Part shown: positions 16,849 to 27,384 of the stretch, in pieces | Numbering within the stretch: the first letter of the stretch is position 1 | Layout of the letters: every line of letters begins with the position of its first letter | NCBI GenBank assembly: GCA_000002445.1 | Contig: CM000208.1 | Location: 256,001-320,000, forward strand | Direction: 5' to 3' | Source of the DNA: Trypanosoma brucei | Lineage: Eukaryota | DNA: 64,000 bases | Notes under the pieces: generated by a model | The model's database searches: none | What the model was told of the DNA's origin: nothing | The model's input: the letters and a program-made list of their open reading frames with translations, nothing else | Translations under genes and position numbers: made by a program

Positions 16849-19800
16849 GTACAGCTGTTGTTTGCCTGCTTGTTTATTTTGTTGTTGTTGTTTTCTTTTT
16901 TCATTTTCCACCTTCAACATTACCAACTCCAATCCTCCACCCGTGTCGTTGCCGCAACCCCTTCAGCATTCAAAATAAAAAAAAAGAAACATATATAAGC
17001 GTGCGTGTGTGTCTGAGTAATTGGATATTGTATTTTTGACATCCGTTCTATTCAAAAAAGGAACCTGACAAAACAAGCGCATACCGTTTTCCTGCATAAT
17101 TTTTTTTTCTATTTATGTACTCATACATGCGCTTACTAACACTAAGCGAGATGAAAGATATCATATCATGTGATGCGGTGCAAGTTTTGGCATTTTTTTT
17201 TTAATTTTTTACTTGCACTTCAATAACAGGACGATAAACGGAAGTGAGGTACGTCAAGACAAGCCAAGTGTGTCGAAGAAATTTATCAGCAGAAGTCGTT
17301 TCGGCATGCATTTACGCATATTTTTATGTTTATGCATATAATATAAAAGCATATTCATATACTCATTGGTTTATTATGAGCGTGGTGTAATGGTGAATGT
17401 CATTCAAACATTTACACTATACACTTCTTTTACGTTTCATTGGTGCACTAACATTAAAAGTGGGAGTGCCCAGATGAAAGATATTTGGCTGAATATTTAT
17501 ACCGCCACGTAGCGCATAAATAAACAGACATATATTTTTATAAATACAAATTTATCGACGCAATGCAACCGGAGCACCACGGTGGCCCCTACGAGTTATA
17601 TGCCCACTTCTCCTCAAAGAAAAAATATTTTATCTTTTTTTTCATTTTATTTTCCTTTTTACACCTGTGCTGGGAAACTAAACGTATGTCCCGTAGTTTT
17701 TTTTTTATGTACGTGTAGGGGAGGACGGTGGGGAAATGGTCGACGTTGGACGCTTCGAATGGGAGCTCAACCATAACACTATTTTTAGCGTGTGCTTTTT
17801 TTTCTTTTTTAGTTCCTTCTACTGTTCGCGGTGCAAAACAAAAGAACAAATCGCGTACCGTCATATCGCTCGTTTTTTTATTATTATTTACTATTTCCCC
17901 CCCCCCCTCCCTTTGTGGCGTTTCGTTGTCCCCAATTGCTTTTTCTTTCCTTTCCTTCATGTTTGTCCATTTACTGACTGTCAGGATCGAAGAACAATTG
18001 AATAATGGTAATAACAAAGGGCAACTGCACACTTCGCCGTCTAATATGAGGAACGGGATTTTTGAATTGTGATGCCTTCAAGTTCCCTCAAGTCCCAAAA
18101 AATATATATATAGTGTTTCTTTTTGTCCCCTTTACTTCAGCGGTCATGCAAAATCAGCTCCTTCATTTGTTACGGTGCTGAAATTTACTTGAAGTTGTCG
18201 TATTTTAGGGAACCCATGCATGAACACTAACAACAATATTAGTGAAACAATTGCTTAACATATGTGTCTCTGCTGTGATTTCCTTCTTGTGAATTACCTA
18301 ACGGTGTTCAAAAAGTCATTTCGTTGATGCAATTTGTTTCCCCTCCCTTGTTTTGTGGTGACGTACTTTTGACACCGCTGTTGTTTTGCTGGGTCTGATG
18401 GAAGGTTCGGGGACGCAGAAACGGAAAAAGCGAAGGGGAGACATACACTTCTTTTATAATAATAATAATGAGGCTGACTTCCCTATCCTTTTGGCCTCCA
18501 TTAAATTCCTTTTCTTTCCGCCTTGAGCTGCTAGAGCTTTTCCCCAAACTGTATAAACTGCAGAGGGCCACTTAGAAGCCGTGCCGTAGCGAGAGGTTCC
18601 GAATTGACAAAAAGAAGAGCGCGTCAGTCCTCCCTCACAGGTTAACCGCTTTCTAAATAGTTGGAAATTACACAAATATCAACACAGTCCCGCTCACTTA
18701 TTCGCAAGCCGACTTTCGCGTCACAACATTGCGGCCCTCATAAGAAAGCCCTCGCTGTCATCCATTGGAAACCCGTCTCGGTTGACTTCAATAATGTATG
18801 AAACAGGAAGAGTAGCCACCGGGGGAAAGAGGCAGAGAGAGGAACGCCGACGCGTTCCGCTATTCTGGGTGTCAGTTCCATCATGCGTTATCATGGTCTC
18901 GCTTCGGTGCGACTTCTTGAACATTCCAGTAGGGGGCTGTGACAGCGACTTGGCTTTACGGGATTGTTGTTCTGCAGCGCTTCTGGGTTCATTTATTCCT
19001 TCAGCTTTCGCACTTGGGGCCATTCGAGGAAATCGGCGAAGGGTTTCTGGCACCTCAGTCTCATTTAAGTGTGGTTTTCTCCCCCCCCCCCCCAATTTCC
19101 TTGCCGAGTGCCCATCGCAGGTGCCCTGTCAACCCAGCATTCCCGAGAAGGTACTTGGGAAACACCGAATAAGTGCGGCTCCCCGCCCCTCTTTTCTTTC
19201 GTTGCTTCGGTGTGGCCCCAGTGTTTTCTGTCGCCCAAAACCACATTCACCATGTCTGCCCACGTTACTGCGAAAGCAGGGCCCTTAAGAGGCAGCCCTC
19301 AATGCATAGGATGCCGTTCAACTCTTTTCCCAACCTCTCCATTGATGCGATGACGCGTGGTGCGGTGCCTTGTACGAATCCCTGTCACCTCGGCGGCGAT
19401 CCCGCGCTCCCCGACGGCAAGTTTCTTCGCCAAAAAAGCGCCGTTCTCCCAGGGAGGAAAATACCCAAACATTCTTTCACGAGCGGATGTACCCTAAACC
19501 GATCCCCACTTACAGGCGAAAAGCCCGTTGTTTACCATTCCCCCCTTTGTTCTCTCCCTCTCTTTGCCCCATTTACTCCACGCACTCCCCACACGTTTCA
19601 AAAACTTCGCGATCCCCGTGCACGACGTCCAATTTCTCTTTCCCTCCTCATTTCCTCTAACCCTCACAATCTTCAACCTCACCAGCTCCACCATATCCTT
19701 AAACCCCCTCGCCTTCTCTGTTGCGTCTTTGGCTTTTGCTTGAACGAAGGCATACACCAATTTCAATCTCCCTGATATATTACAAAGCCCCCACAGGGCC

Positions 19801-20451
19801 CACTTATCTTGAGTTCACCATTATCCGCAGACGTAAATCTACGAAAGGCAAACAGGACGCAACCAAAGTAATGACTTCTTTTGCGGGCATTCTATGTGTA
19901 GTTTCGGAGGTGAAGGGGAAAGCACACCGAAGTGAAAACTTAGCACCGCAGAAGCACTCCCCGACTAGGCTTAAATACGTTAACATGAGAATATAAGATA
20001 ACATAAGTGAAGCAACGAAAAGAACATAAAAGACTAATATACCAGAAAACACCGCCAACCCCAGCGTAGAGCCTCATCCCGAAAAAAACGAGAGTAAAGA
20101 TCGTTATTTCTGATATCGGGGTAAAGATGGCAACTCGCACACGGAGGATCAGCTTAAAGTACATCTTCTAATTGCGCACCGCTGAAAAGACAAATAATTA
20201 CTTGCGTTAAGTGTCAACTAGATCCCCTCGACCCACAGAGGAAATATCCACCGAAACCAAAGACTACATTTCACTGTGAACAACGAAACACGGGCGGTGC
20301 CTCGGATGGCAAAAAGGTTGTCCCTTTTGAGGATGGCTCATTAAAACATGGTGGGCTTTTGGCGCCCTCAAGGGAGACATCCATAACAATTAGGGGAAGC
20401 TGACTACCAACATTCTACATTTATCAAAGCCTACAAACGACCCCCTCCAAC

Positions 20452-20670
20452 ATGGGTGCCGGCAGCTCGTCTGCGTCTATTCGTGGTGGAGCGTCCGTTG
20501 TTGAGGAATCGAAAACAGAAGGAACTCCAGAAAGCATGGTAACTCCGCTTGGGCTTTCGGATGAGGAGCAGCCCAAGGTCACATCAACCTACTTCCCCAC
20601 CCTCAAATATAAAACGGCTCTAATGGAGTCATGGAAAAGCCGGAACCGTTGCGCAGAAGAAGGATGTTAA
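20452..20670 (+). CDS. Possible small ORF with an N-myristoylation-like start (MGAGSSSA...)
   Basis: 72-aa ORF. Gly2 and Ser6 fit the MGxxxS/T myristoylation consensus, and the composition is coding-like. A CT-rich tract of about 650 bp lies directly upstream, where a trans-splice polypyrimidine signal could sit. Confidence 0.2.
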   Translation: MGAGSSSASIRGGASVVEESKTEGTPESMVTPLGLSDEEQPKVTSTYFPTLKYKTALMESWKSRNRCAEEGC

Positions 20671-21573
20671 GTTGATAACTGGTGAATGTATGGAACAGGT
20701 ATTTTCAGTTGCCAACAGAAGAGCCCTAATACGATAAAGATCAGTTAAAGGAGAGTTCCCCCCGTCTTATGTGATCTGCTTTAAACACTCTGAGATAACA
20801 ATATGGAAAGCTTTGAGGAACTCTGGAAGCAGTTGCAGTTGGATCCCTTGCGATGCAACACTTGGGAATGACAGGGAGATTTGTACGTTGAAAGCCTTAG
20901 AGGCTATCGTATTCGTGGAGGGTGGTCGTTTGACCGACATTTGGGAGGCGGAGCGCGACAGAGTACCGTGCCACACGTGAGAAAGTTGTTGAAGAGAGGA
21001 GAATATCTCAATGATACCATTGCACATTTTATTTGCCAAATTGCGGCTCAAGCAGTTACTAGGAGGAAGGGGTGCGGAGCCGCGGCGCCCGGAAGAATCA
21101 TGAGGCGCATAAACATCAAGGGGGTGGACCTCATTGTACTAATGAAGAAGGTGTCGAATGAAACAGTTGTGCGGGAATGAGGATATGGGGCTTCAAAACC
21201 ATTCATCATCAGGGGGGGGGAATGTTGGAGGCTGCTAAAGTTGGTATTCGTGCCGTATCTGTTAACCACTTGGAATCTGGTTGTTAGTGGTTACCGCCTT
21301 CCAAAGAGGCAGCCGATGCATACAAGGGCGGGCACATATGCACAGCCCTCTCGCAAAGATACACTCAACACATTCACTCACACATACTTAAACGGACCCG
21401 CAGAATGTCAAGTGCTTTACTCTTTTTGAGCAACCGACTCCGAAAACTTGCCCCTTCGGATAAAAAAAGTGAGTGTTTGTGATGAATAAATACGGAAACA
21501 CTTCCTATCATATGTGGGACACTGAGGTACACGAAACATACGGTGACGGAAAAGGGGGATTCAAAACCCTCAA

Positions 21574-21852
21574 TCATGACACGACTTTACTAAATCCTTC
21601 TATTTCTATCTGTTTCAAGCACTTGGTCATAACTGGAACACTCAGTTCCTCCTTCTGTTGCAGCAATAAAAGAATAGACTTTTGTATACTCCTCTCAGTC
21701 AATCCCTTGTCTCTTTCAATATGCATCAAAACTGTCTCATGAAGGAGTTCCATAACCTCGTCCCGCAATTTGTCAGCGCGTTGAATAAACACGCTTGCAA
21801 TTATATCTTGTAGTTCTCGCAGTTCCGGAAGCCACGGCGTGGTGGAGTGGGC
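21574..21852 (-). pseudogene. Protein-like C-terminal fragment at the edge of the strand-switch region (...LPELRELQDIIASVFIQRADKLRDEVMELLHETVLMHIERDKGLTERSIQKSILLLLQQKEELSVPVMTKCLKQIEIEGFSKVVS)
   Basis: The C-terminal ~90 codons of the 149-aa minus ORF look like real protein sequence. The N-terminal part is low-complexity (GGEGGGG, poly-Leu) and runs over the C/A/G homopolymer block, so an intact gene is doubtful. Confidence 0.25.
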
Positions 21853-22258
21853 ACAACCACAAATAACTAAAAAACTAAGACCCCCTCTAGTGAGATTCAA
21901 CAAAGACAAAAGGTAAAACACGCAAAAAGTCAGTAGTCTACACGGAAAAAAGGAATATTTCAAAACATCCACCAACAAATTACCGCCCCCTCCCTCCCCC
22001 CCCAAAAAAAAGGGGGATCGCAAAAAGAAACTACATTCAAGGACACCAAAAGCACTCGCCGTTGCAAAACATTACTATAGTCACCAGCATGCGCCAGCTG
22101 GGATCCACTACTTTTCCGATTGAAAAAAAAATACTACGAGATCAAAAATAGAAAGCATACTAATCACTGAAGGGAACGACCCTGTCTTATACCACAGGTA
22201 CAGAAGGAAATATATACTCGTCTTCAATGCAATACACATAAATTCGAACAGACTCCGG

Positions 22259-23653
22259 TTACGAGAGTGGTTCGTTCCTCATGAATTTCTCAATTATAGT
22301 GGATGCCGCAGCAGGTTGATCCATCGGCACCATGTGACCCGCACCGTACACCTGCACAAAACTGAAGTGCATTGACGATGTGTTTGATGATACGCTACGT
22401 ACAAGACCCGCAGCACTACCATCAATAGATGAGAATGGGGTACCAGGGGCCTTCACAAACTCTTCACTTCCAGACCACTGAAGTGCAAGTGTCCACTCCT
22501 TATTTCCAATCCAGTTGCAGATAAAGTCCATATCACCGGCATAAATCATTACTCGAACTCCATCTTCGAGGAGTCCACTAATTGTGTAGTTAAAGTTCTT
22601 AAACCAGTCAACGGCAAACATCAGGTTCACCTCCATGTTACAAGCTTGCCAAGTCATTGGATCTACACCCAGAGACCTCTGAACATCCTCACGGTTCATA
22701 AAGTTGTCAACTCCCGTTGTGTTGTAACATAATGGCCCATCACATGTTTTGCGGATATCATAAACGTTCAGGCCTGTAGCTGAAAACAGAGCTACCATCG
22801 GACCACAAGTCACACGGGAAAGCTTGCACGACGAGTCCGCGGATGATGAATTATCAGCGTCACAAGCAGAAATAGTACTTTGACAAGCGGGCACCATCGC
22901 CGACATCATCACATGAACAAAGGAAGATACACACGGACTTCCAAGAACTTCCTTGCACCAGTCCCATGCAAGTCTGGGATATGACGCATATTGTGTATAC
23001 GGATCTGTTAAACCGTTTCCTACAGCCAATCCTGCAAGAGGAATGTATATGCCTTCACCCTTTTTATTGCCTTGGTTAATGCGGTAAGCTGTAGCCGGAG
23101 CAAAGTGGCCACCGTAGCTTTCCCCAACAACAAAGAAGTCGTTTTCACGCAGGTCCTCGTGCTCACCAAAGAAGGCCTGTAGAAAGTTGTACATGTCCTC
23201 CGACACCTCCGCTTCATTCTTATCATAATCCGCTTTATCCGCATACGAAAAGCCCACACCGGCAGGTTGATCGATATATATTACATACGCGTGGTTGTTC
23301 CACGAGTACGTATTGTTGTATATGTCACCAGTCGTTTCGTTCATGAGGCAAGGTCCATTCTCTGCAAGTAGCGCAAACATGGAACTACATCCAGGACCGC
23401 CTGTCATCCACAGGAGCACTGGGGCATTGGGATTGCCATCACGTGGTCCAAATGCCCAGTAGAAGTAATGTTTGTCACTCTGCTCTCCAGGAATATCAAA
23501 ATATCCGCTCCATTGATTAACGCCGGGGTCACAAGGCTCCCAACCAGAGCCCGTCGTGCGAAGCGTCGGACGGCGGATAGCCTGAAGGGCGCTTGCACTC
23601 TGCAATAAGAGTAGCAACGAGATAAGAAAAAGCGACGTGTGGCACAGCATCAT
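22259..23653 (-). CDS. CBP1: Serine carboxypeptidase (S10 family, CBP1/serine carboxypeptidase III-like), tandem copy 1
   Basis: 464 aa with a signal peptide. It has the GESYGG catalytic-serine motif, an S10-type core (WMTGGPGCSS, GHMVP catalytic His region) and N-glycosylation sequons. It is near-identical to copy 2 over the first ~230 aa. Confidence 0.9.
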   Translation of the reverse strand: MMLCHTSLFLISLLLLLQSASALQAIRRPTLRTTGSGWEPCDPGVNQWSGYFDIPGEQSDKHYFYWAFGPRDGNPNAPVLLWMTGGPGCSSMFALLAENGPCLMNETTGDIYNNTYSWNNHAYVIYIDQPAGVGFSYADKADYDKNEAEVSEDMYNFLQAFFGEHEDLRENDFFVVGESYGGHFAPATAYRINQGNKKGEGIYIPLAGLAVGNGLTDPYTQYASYPRLAWDWCKEVLGSPCVSSFVHVMMSAMVPACQSTISACDADNSSSADSSCKLSRVTCGPMVALFSATGLNVYDIRKTCDGPLCYNTTGVDNFMNREDVQRSLGVDPMTWQACNMEVNLMFAVDWFKNFNYTISGLLEDGVRVMIYAGDMDFICNWIGNKEWTLALQWSGSEEFVKAPGTPFSSIDGSAAGLVRSVSSNTSSMHFSFVQVYGAGHMVPMDQPAAASTIIEKFMRNEPLS

Positions 23654-23974
23654 TTGTATGGGAACTTACTTCTACACAGATGATCGAAAGAAACAAATCA
23701 CAATCGGAGAGGAACGGGAGGCAACGGAATGCCGAATTTGGAAACCATGAGAGAGCACCCAACATAGTCACGAAGTTGCAGTATGCTGACCAACGTCCAA
23801 AAAAACATCCGTACAAAGCATGTCGGAAGCAAAGCATTGAGAAACAGCAAAATATTTAAAGTCTTTAAAAGAATAAAAAACACTCGCAGCCACATACCGT
23901 CATAAGTCAGGGCTTTTTAAAAGCAGTAAAGGAATCAATTCAATGCAATACACATAAATTCGAACAGACTCCGG

Positions 23975-25369
23975 TTACGAGAGTGGTTCGTTCCTCATGA
24001 ATTTCTCAATTATAGTGGATGCCGCAGCAGGTTGATCCATCGGCACCATGTGACCCGCACGGTACACCTGCACAAAACTGAAGTGCATTGACGATGTGTT
24101 TGATGATACACTACGTACAAGACCCGCAGCACTACCATCAATAGATGAGAATGGGGTATCAGGGGCCTTCACAAACTCTTCACTTCCAGACCACTGAAGT
24201 GCAAGTGTCCACTCCTTATTTCCAATCCAGTTGCAGATAAAGTCCATATCACCGGCATAAATCATTACTCGAACTCCATCTTCGAGGAGTCCACTAATTG
24301 TGTAGTTAAAGTTCTTAAACCAGTCAATGTCAAACATCAGGTTCACCTCCATGTTACAAGCTTGCCAAGTCATTGGATCTACACCCAGAGACCTCTGAAC
24401 ATCCTCACGGTTCATAAAGTTGTCAATTCCCGTTGTGTTGTAACATAATGGCCCATCACATGTTTTGCGGATATCATAAACGTTTATACCTGTAAGCAAA
24501 AAATCAGATACAAAGCCGCTACAAGCAGCACCAGCCATCTCACAGTAAGAATCCGCGGATGATGAATTATCAGCGTCACAAGCAGAAATATTACTCTGAC
24601 AAGCGGGCACCATACTGTTCATGGAGTCATATGTCTCGCGGGATATACATGAATAGCCGAGAACTTCCTTGCACCAGTCCCATGCAAGTCTGGGATATGA
24701 CGCATATTGTGTATACGGATCTGTTAAACCGTTTCCTACAGCCAATCCTGCAAGAGGAATGTATATGCCTTCACCCTTTTTATTGCCTTGGTTAATGCGG
24801 TAAGCTGTAGCCGGAGCAAAGTGGCCACCGTAGCTTTCCCCAACAACAAAGAAGTCGTTTTCACGCAGGTCCTCGTGCTCACCAAAGAAGGCCTGTAGAA
24901 AGTTGTACATGTCCTCCGATACCTCCGCTTCATTCTTATCATAATCCGCTTTATCCGCATACGAAAAGCCCACACCGGCAGGTTGATCGATATATATTAC
25001 ATACGCGTGGTTGTTCCACGAGTACGTATTGTTGTATATGTCACCAGTCGTTTCGTTCATAAGGCAAGGTCCATTCTCTGCAAGTAGCGCAAACATGGAA
25101 CTACATCCAGGACCACCTGTCATCCACAGGAGCACTGGGGCATTGGGATTGCCATCACGTGGTCCAAATGCCCAGTAGAAGTAATGTTTGTCACTCTGCT
25201 CTCCAGGAATATCAAAATATCCGCTCCATTGATTAACGCCGGGGTCACAAGGCTCCCAACCAGAGCCCGTCGTGCGAAGCGTCGGACGGCGGATAGCCTG
25301 AAGGGCGCTTGCACTCTGCAATAAGAGTAGCAACGAGATAAGAAAAAGCGACGTGTGGCACAGCATCAT
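23975..25369 (-). CDS. CBP1: Serine carboxypeptidase (S10), tandem copy 2
   Basis: 464 aa. Its N-terminal ~235 aa are identical to copy 1. Its central segment (YSCISRETYDSMNSM...CEMAGAACSGFVSDFLL) differs from copy 1, and the C-terminal ~170 aa are shared with copy 3. Confidence 0.9.
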   Translation of the reverse strand: MMLCHTSLFLISLLLLLQSASALQAIRRPTLRTTGSGWEPCDPGVNQWSGYFDIPGEQSDKHYFYWAFGPRDGNPNAPVLLWMTGGPGCSSMFALLAENGPCLMNETTGDIYNNTYSWNNHAYVIYIDQPAGVGFSYADKADYDKNEAEVSEDMYNFLQAFFGEHEDLRENDFFVVGESYGGHFAPATAYRINQGNKKGEGIYIPLAGLAVGNGLTDPYTQYASYPRLAWDWCKEVLGYSCISRETYDSMNSMVPACQSNISACDADNSSSADSYCEMAGAACSGFVSDFLLTGINVYDIRKTCDGPLCYNTTGIDNFMNREDVQRSLGVDPMTWQACNMEVNLMFDIDWFKNFNYTISGLLEDGVRVMIYAGDMDFICNWIGNKEWTLALQWSGSEEFVKAPDTPFSSIDGSAAGLVRSVSSNTSSMHFSFVQVYRAGHMVPMDQPAAASTIIEKFMRNEPLS

Positions 25370-25983
25370 TTGTATGGGAACTTACTTCTACACAGATGAT
25401 CGAAAGAAACAAATCACAATCGGAGAGGAACGGGAGGCAACGGAATGCCGAATTTGGAAACCATGAGAGAGCACCCAACATAGTCACGAAGTTGCAGTAT
25501 GCTGACCAAACAAGGAATTATCTATTATTTGAGGAGGAGGAGAAACATTAAACGCCAGCGAGCTACGTTAATGCGGCCATTGAAATTGAGAAACTCATCA
25601 TTTCTGGCAGCAGCAGAAGTGAGGTACCAGAAAGTAGAACATTCCCCCTCTATTGTGCAGTGGCATATGCATTCAATTGTAACACAGGCATTGGACCCGC
25701 AAATATGCCACTTCATAGAAGTGCATAGCAAGTCTATACGGCAGTAAAGACACAATGTAAAACATAAAGTCCAGAACCGGTAAGGGCATCCAAGAGACAC
25801 AAGGTCCACAAAAACATCCGTACAAAGCATGTCGGAAGCAAATCATTGAGAAACAGCAAAATATTTAAAGTCTTTAAAAGAATAAAAAACACTCGCAGCC
25901 ACATACCGTCATAAGTCAGGGCTTTTTAAAAGCAGTAAAGGAATCAATTCAATGCAATACACATAAATTCGAACGGACTCCGG

Positions 25984-27384
25984 TTACGAGAGTGGTTCGT
26001 TCCTCATGAATTTCTCAATTATAGTGGATGCCGCAGCAGGTTGATCCATCGGCACCATGTGACCCGCACGGTACACCTGCACAAAACTGAAGTGCATTGA
26101 CGATGTGTTTGATGATACACTACGTACAAGACCCGCAGCACTACCATCAATAGATGAGAATGGGGTATCAGGGGCCTTCACAAACTCTTCACTTCCAGAC
26201 CACTGAAGTGCAAGTGTCCACTCCTTATTTCCAATCCAGTTGCAGATAAAGTCCATATCACCGGCATAAATCATTACTCGAACTCCATCTTCGAGGAGTC
26301 CACTAATTGTGTAGTTAAAGTTCTTAGACCAGTCAATGTTGAACATTTTGCTAGCATCAAAAACGCAAGATTTCCAAACAGTAGGGCGGACACCAAGTGA
26401 CTTCTGAACATTCTCACGGTTCATAAAAGCGGGTATGGCATCAAATTTGTAGCAAAGTGTTGCGTTGCATTTTCTTCGGATATCATAAGTACTTATTTTT
26501 GTCAAAGTGAAAAGATTAGTCACAGGATCGCATGTCACACGAGACAACTTACACAAATACTGCGATGATGAAGCGCCAGCGTTGCACGCGTTGATCACTT
26601 TCTGGCAAGCGGGCACCATACTGTTCATGGAGTCATATGTCTCGCGGGATACACACGGACTTCCAAGAACTTCCTTGCACCAGTCCCATGCAAGTCTGGG
26701 ATATGACGCATATTGTGTATACGGATCTGTTAAACCGTTTCCTACAGCCAATCCTGCAAGAGGAATGTATATGCCTTCACCCTTTTTATTGCCTTGGTTA
26801 ATGCGGTAAGCTGTAGCCGGAGCAAAGTGGCCACCGTAGCTTTCCCCAACAACAAAGAAGTCGTTTTCACGCAGGTCCTCGTGCTCACCAAAGAAGGCCT
26901 GTAGAAAGTTGTACATGTCCTCCGATACCTCCGCTTCATTCTTATCATAATCCGCTTTATCCGCATACGAAAAGCCCACACCGGCAGGTTGATCGATATA
27001 TATTACATACGCGTGGTTGTTCCACGAGTACGTATTGTTGTATATGTCACCAGTCGTTTCGTTCATGAGGCAAGGTCCATTCTCTGCAAGTAGCGCAAAC
27101 ATGGAACTACATCCAGGACCACCTGTCATCCACAGGAGCACTGGGGCATTGGGATTGCCATCACGTGGTCCAAATGCCCAGTAGAAGTAATGTTTGTCAC
27201 TCTGCTCTCCAGGAATATCAAAATATCCGCTCCATTGATTAACGCCGGGGTCACAAGGCTCCCAACCAGAGCCCGTCGTGCGAAGCGCTAGAGATAAACT
27301 ACGATAGACAGTATTTGCTAAAACTACGACCAGGATGCAAGCAGCCAGTAACGATAGCATTACCGGATACGAAATGAGCCGCAT
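25984..27384 (-). CDS. CBP1: Serine carboxypeptidase (S10), tandem copy 3, with divergent signal peptide and central region
   Basis: 466 aa. Its signal peptide (MRLISYPVMLSLLAACILVVVLA) differs from copies 1 and 2 (MMLCHTSLFLISLLLLLQSASA). GESYGG and the His region are conserved. The central ~100 aa are unique to this copy. Confidence 0.9.
   Translation of the reverse strand: MRLISYPVMLSLLAACILVVVLANTVYRSLSLALRTTGSGWEPCDPGVNQWSGYFDIPGEQSDKHYFYWAFGPRDGNPNAPVLLWMTGGPGCSSMFALLAENGPCLMNETTGDIYNNTYSWNNHAYVIYIDQPAGVGFSYADKADYDKNEAEVSEDMYNFLQAFFGEHEDLRENDFFVVGESYGGHFAPATAYRINQGNKKGEGIYIPLAGLAVGNGLTDPYTQYASYPRLAWDWCKEVLGSPCVSRETYDSMNSMVPACQKVINACNAGASSSQYLCKLSRVTCDPVTNLFTLTKISTYDIRRKCNATLCYKFDAIPAFMNRENVQKSLGVRPTVWKSCVFDASKMFNIDWSKNFNYTISGLLEDGVRVMIYAGDMDFICNWIGNKEWTLALQWSGSEEFVKAPDTPFSSIDGSAAGLVRSVSSNTSSMHFSFVQVYRAGHMVPMDQPAAASTIIEKFMRNEPLS

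Larger units (their letters stand above)
16849..22258. promoter_or_regulatory. Convergent strand-switch region between the plus-strand array and the minus-strand array (putative Pol II termination zone)
   Basis: Coding orientation flips here: the last plus gene ends at 16848 and the first minus gene ends (3' end) at 22259. There is no long ORF. The region has AT-rich low-complexity sequence, C11 (17897-17907), C13 (19081-19093), G9 (21212-21220) and a C-rich/A8/G5 block (21984-22016). I found no tRNA A/B boxes. Confidence 0.6.

Noticed and set aside
18700-20100. An ingi/RIME/DIRE-type retroposon remnant in the ORF-free, compositionally odd part of the strand-switch region
   Set aside because: I cannot recall diagnostic ingi/RIME terminal sequences well enough. 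I see no reverse transcriptase or endonuclease-like ORF fragments, no clear terminal poly(A), and no target-site duplication. The overlapping ORFs there (18782-19288, 19173-19775 and others) are low-complexity Pro/Ser/Cys-rich and not protein-like.
16849-22258. A tRNA or snRNA gene in the convergent strand-switch region
   Set aside because: I scanned by eye for B-box (GGTTCGANTCC, or GGATTCGAACC on the other strand) and A-box patterns and found no acceptable match. The ttcgaa strings at about 17751 and 23953 lack surrounding tRNA structure. A covariance-model scan would still be needed to be sure.
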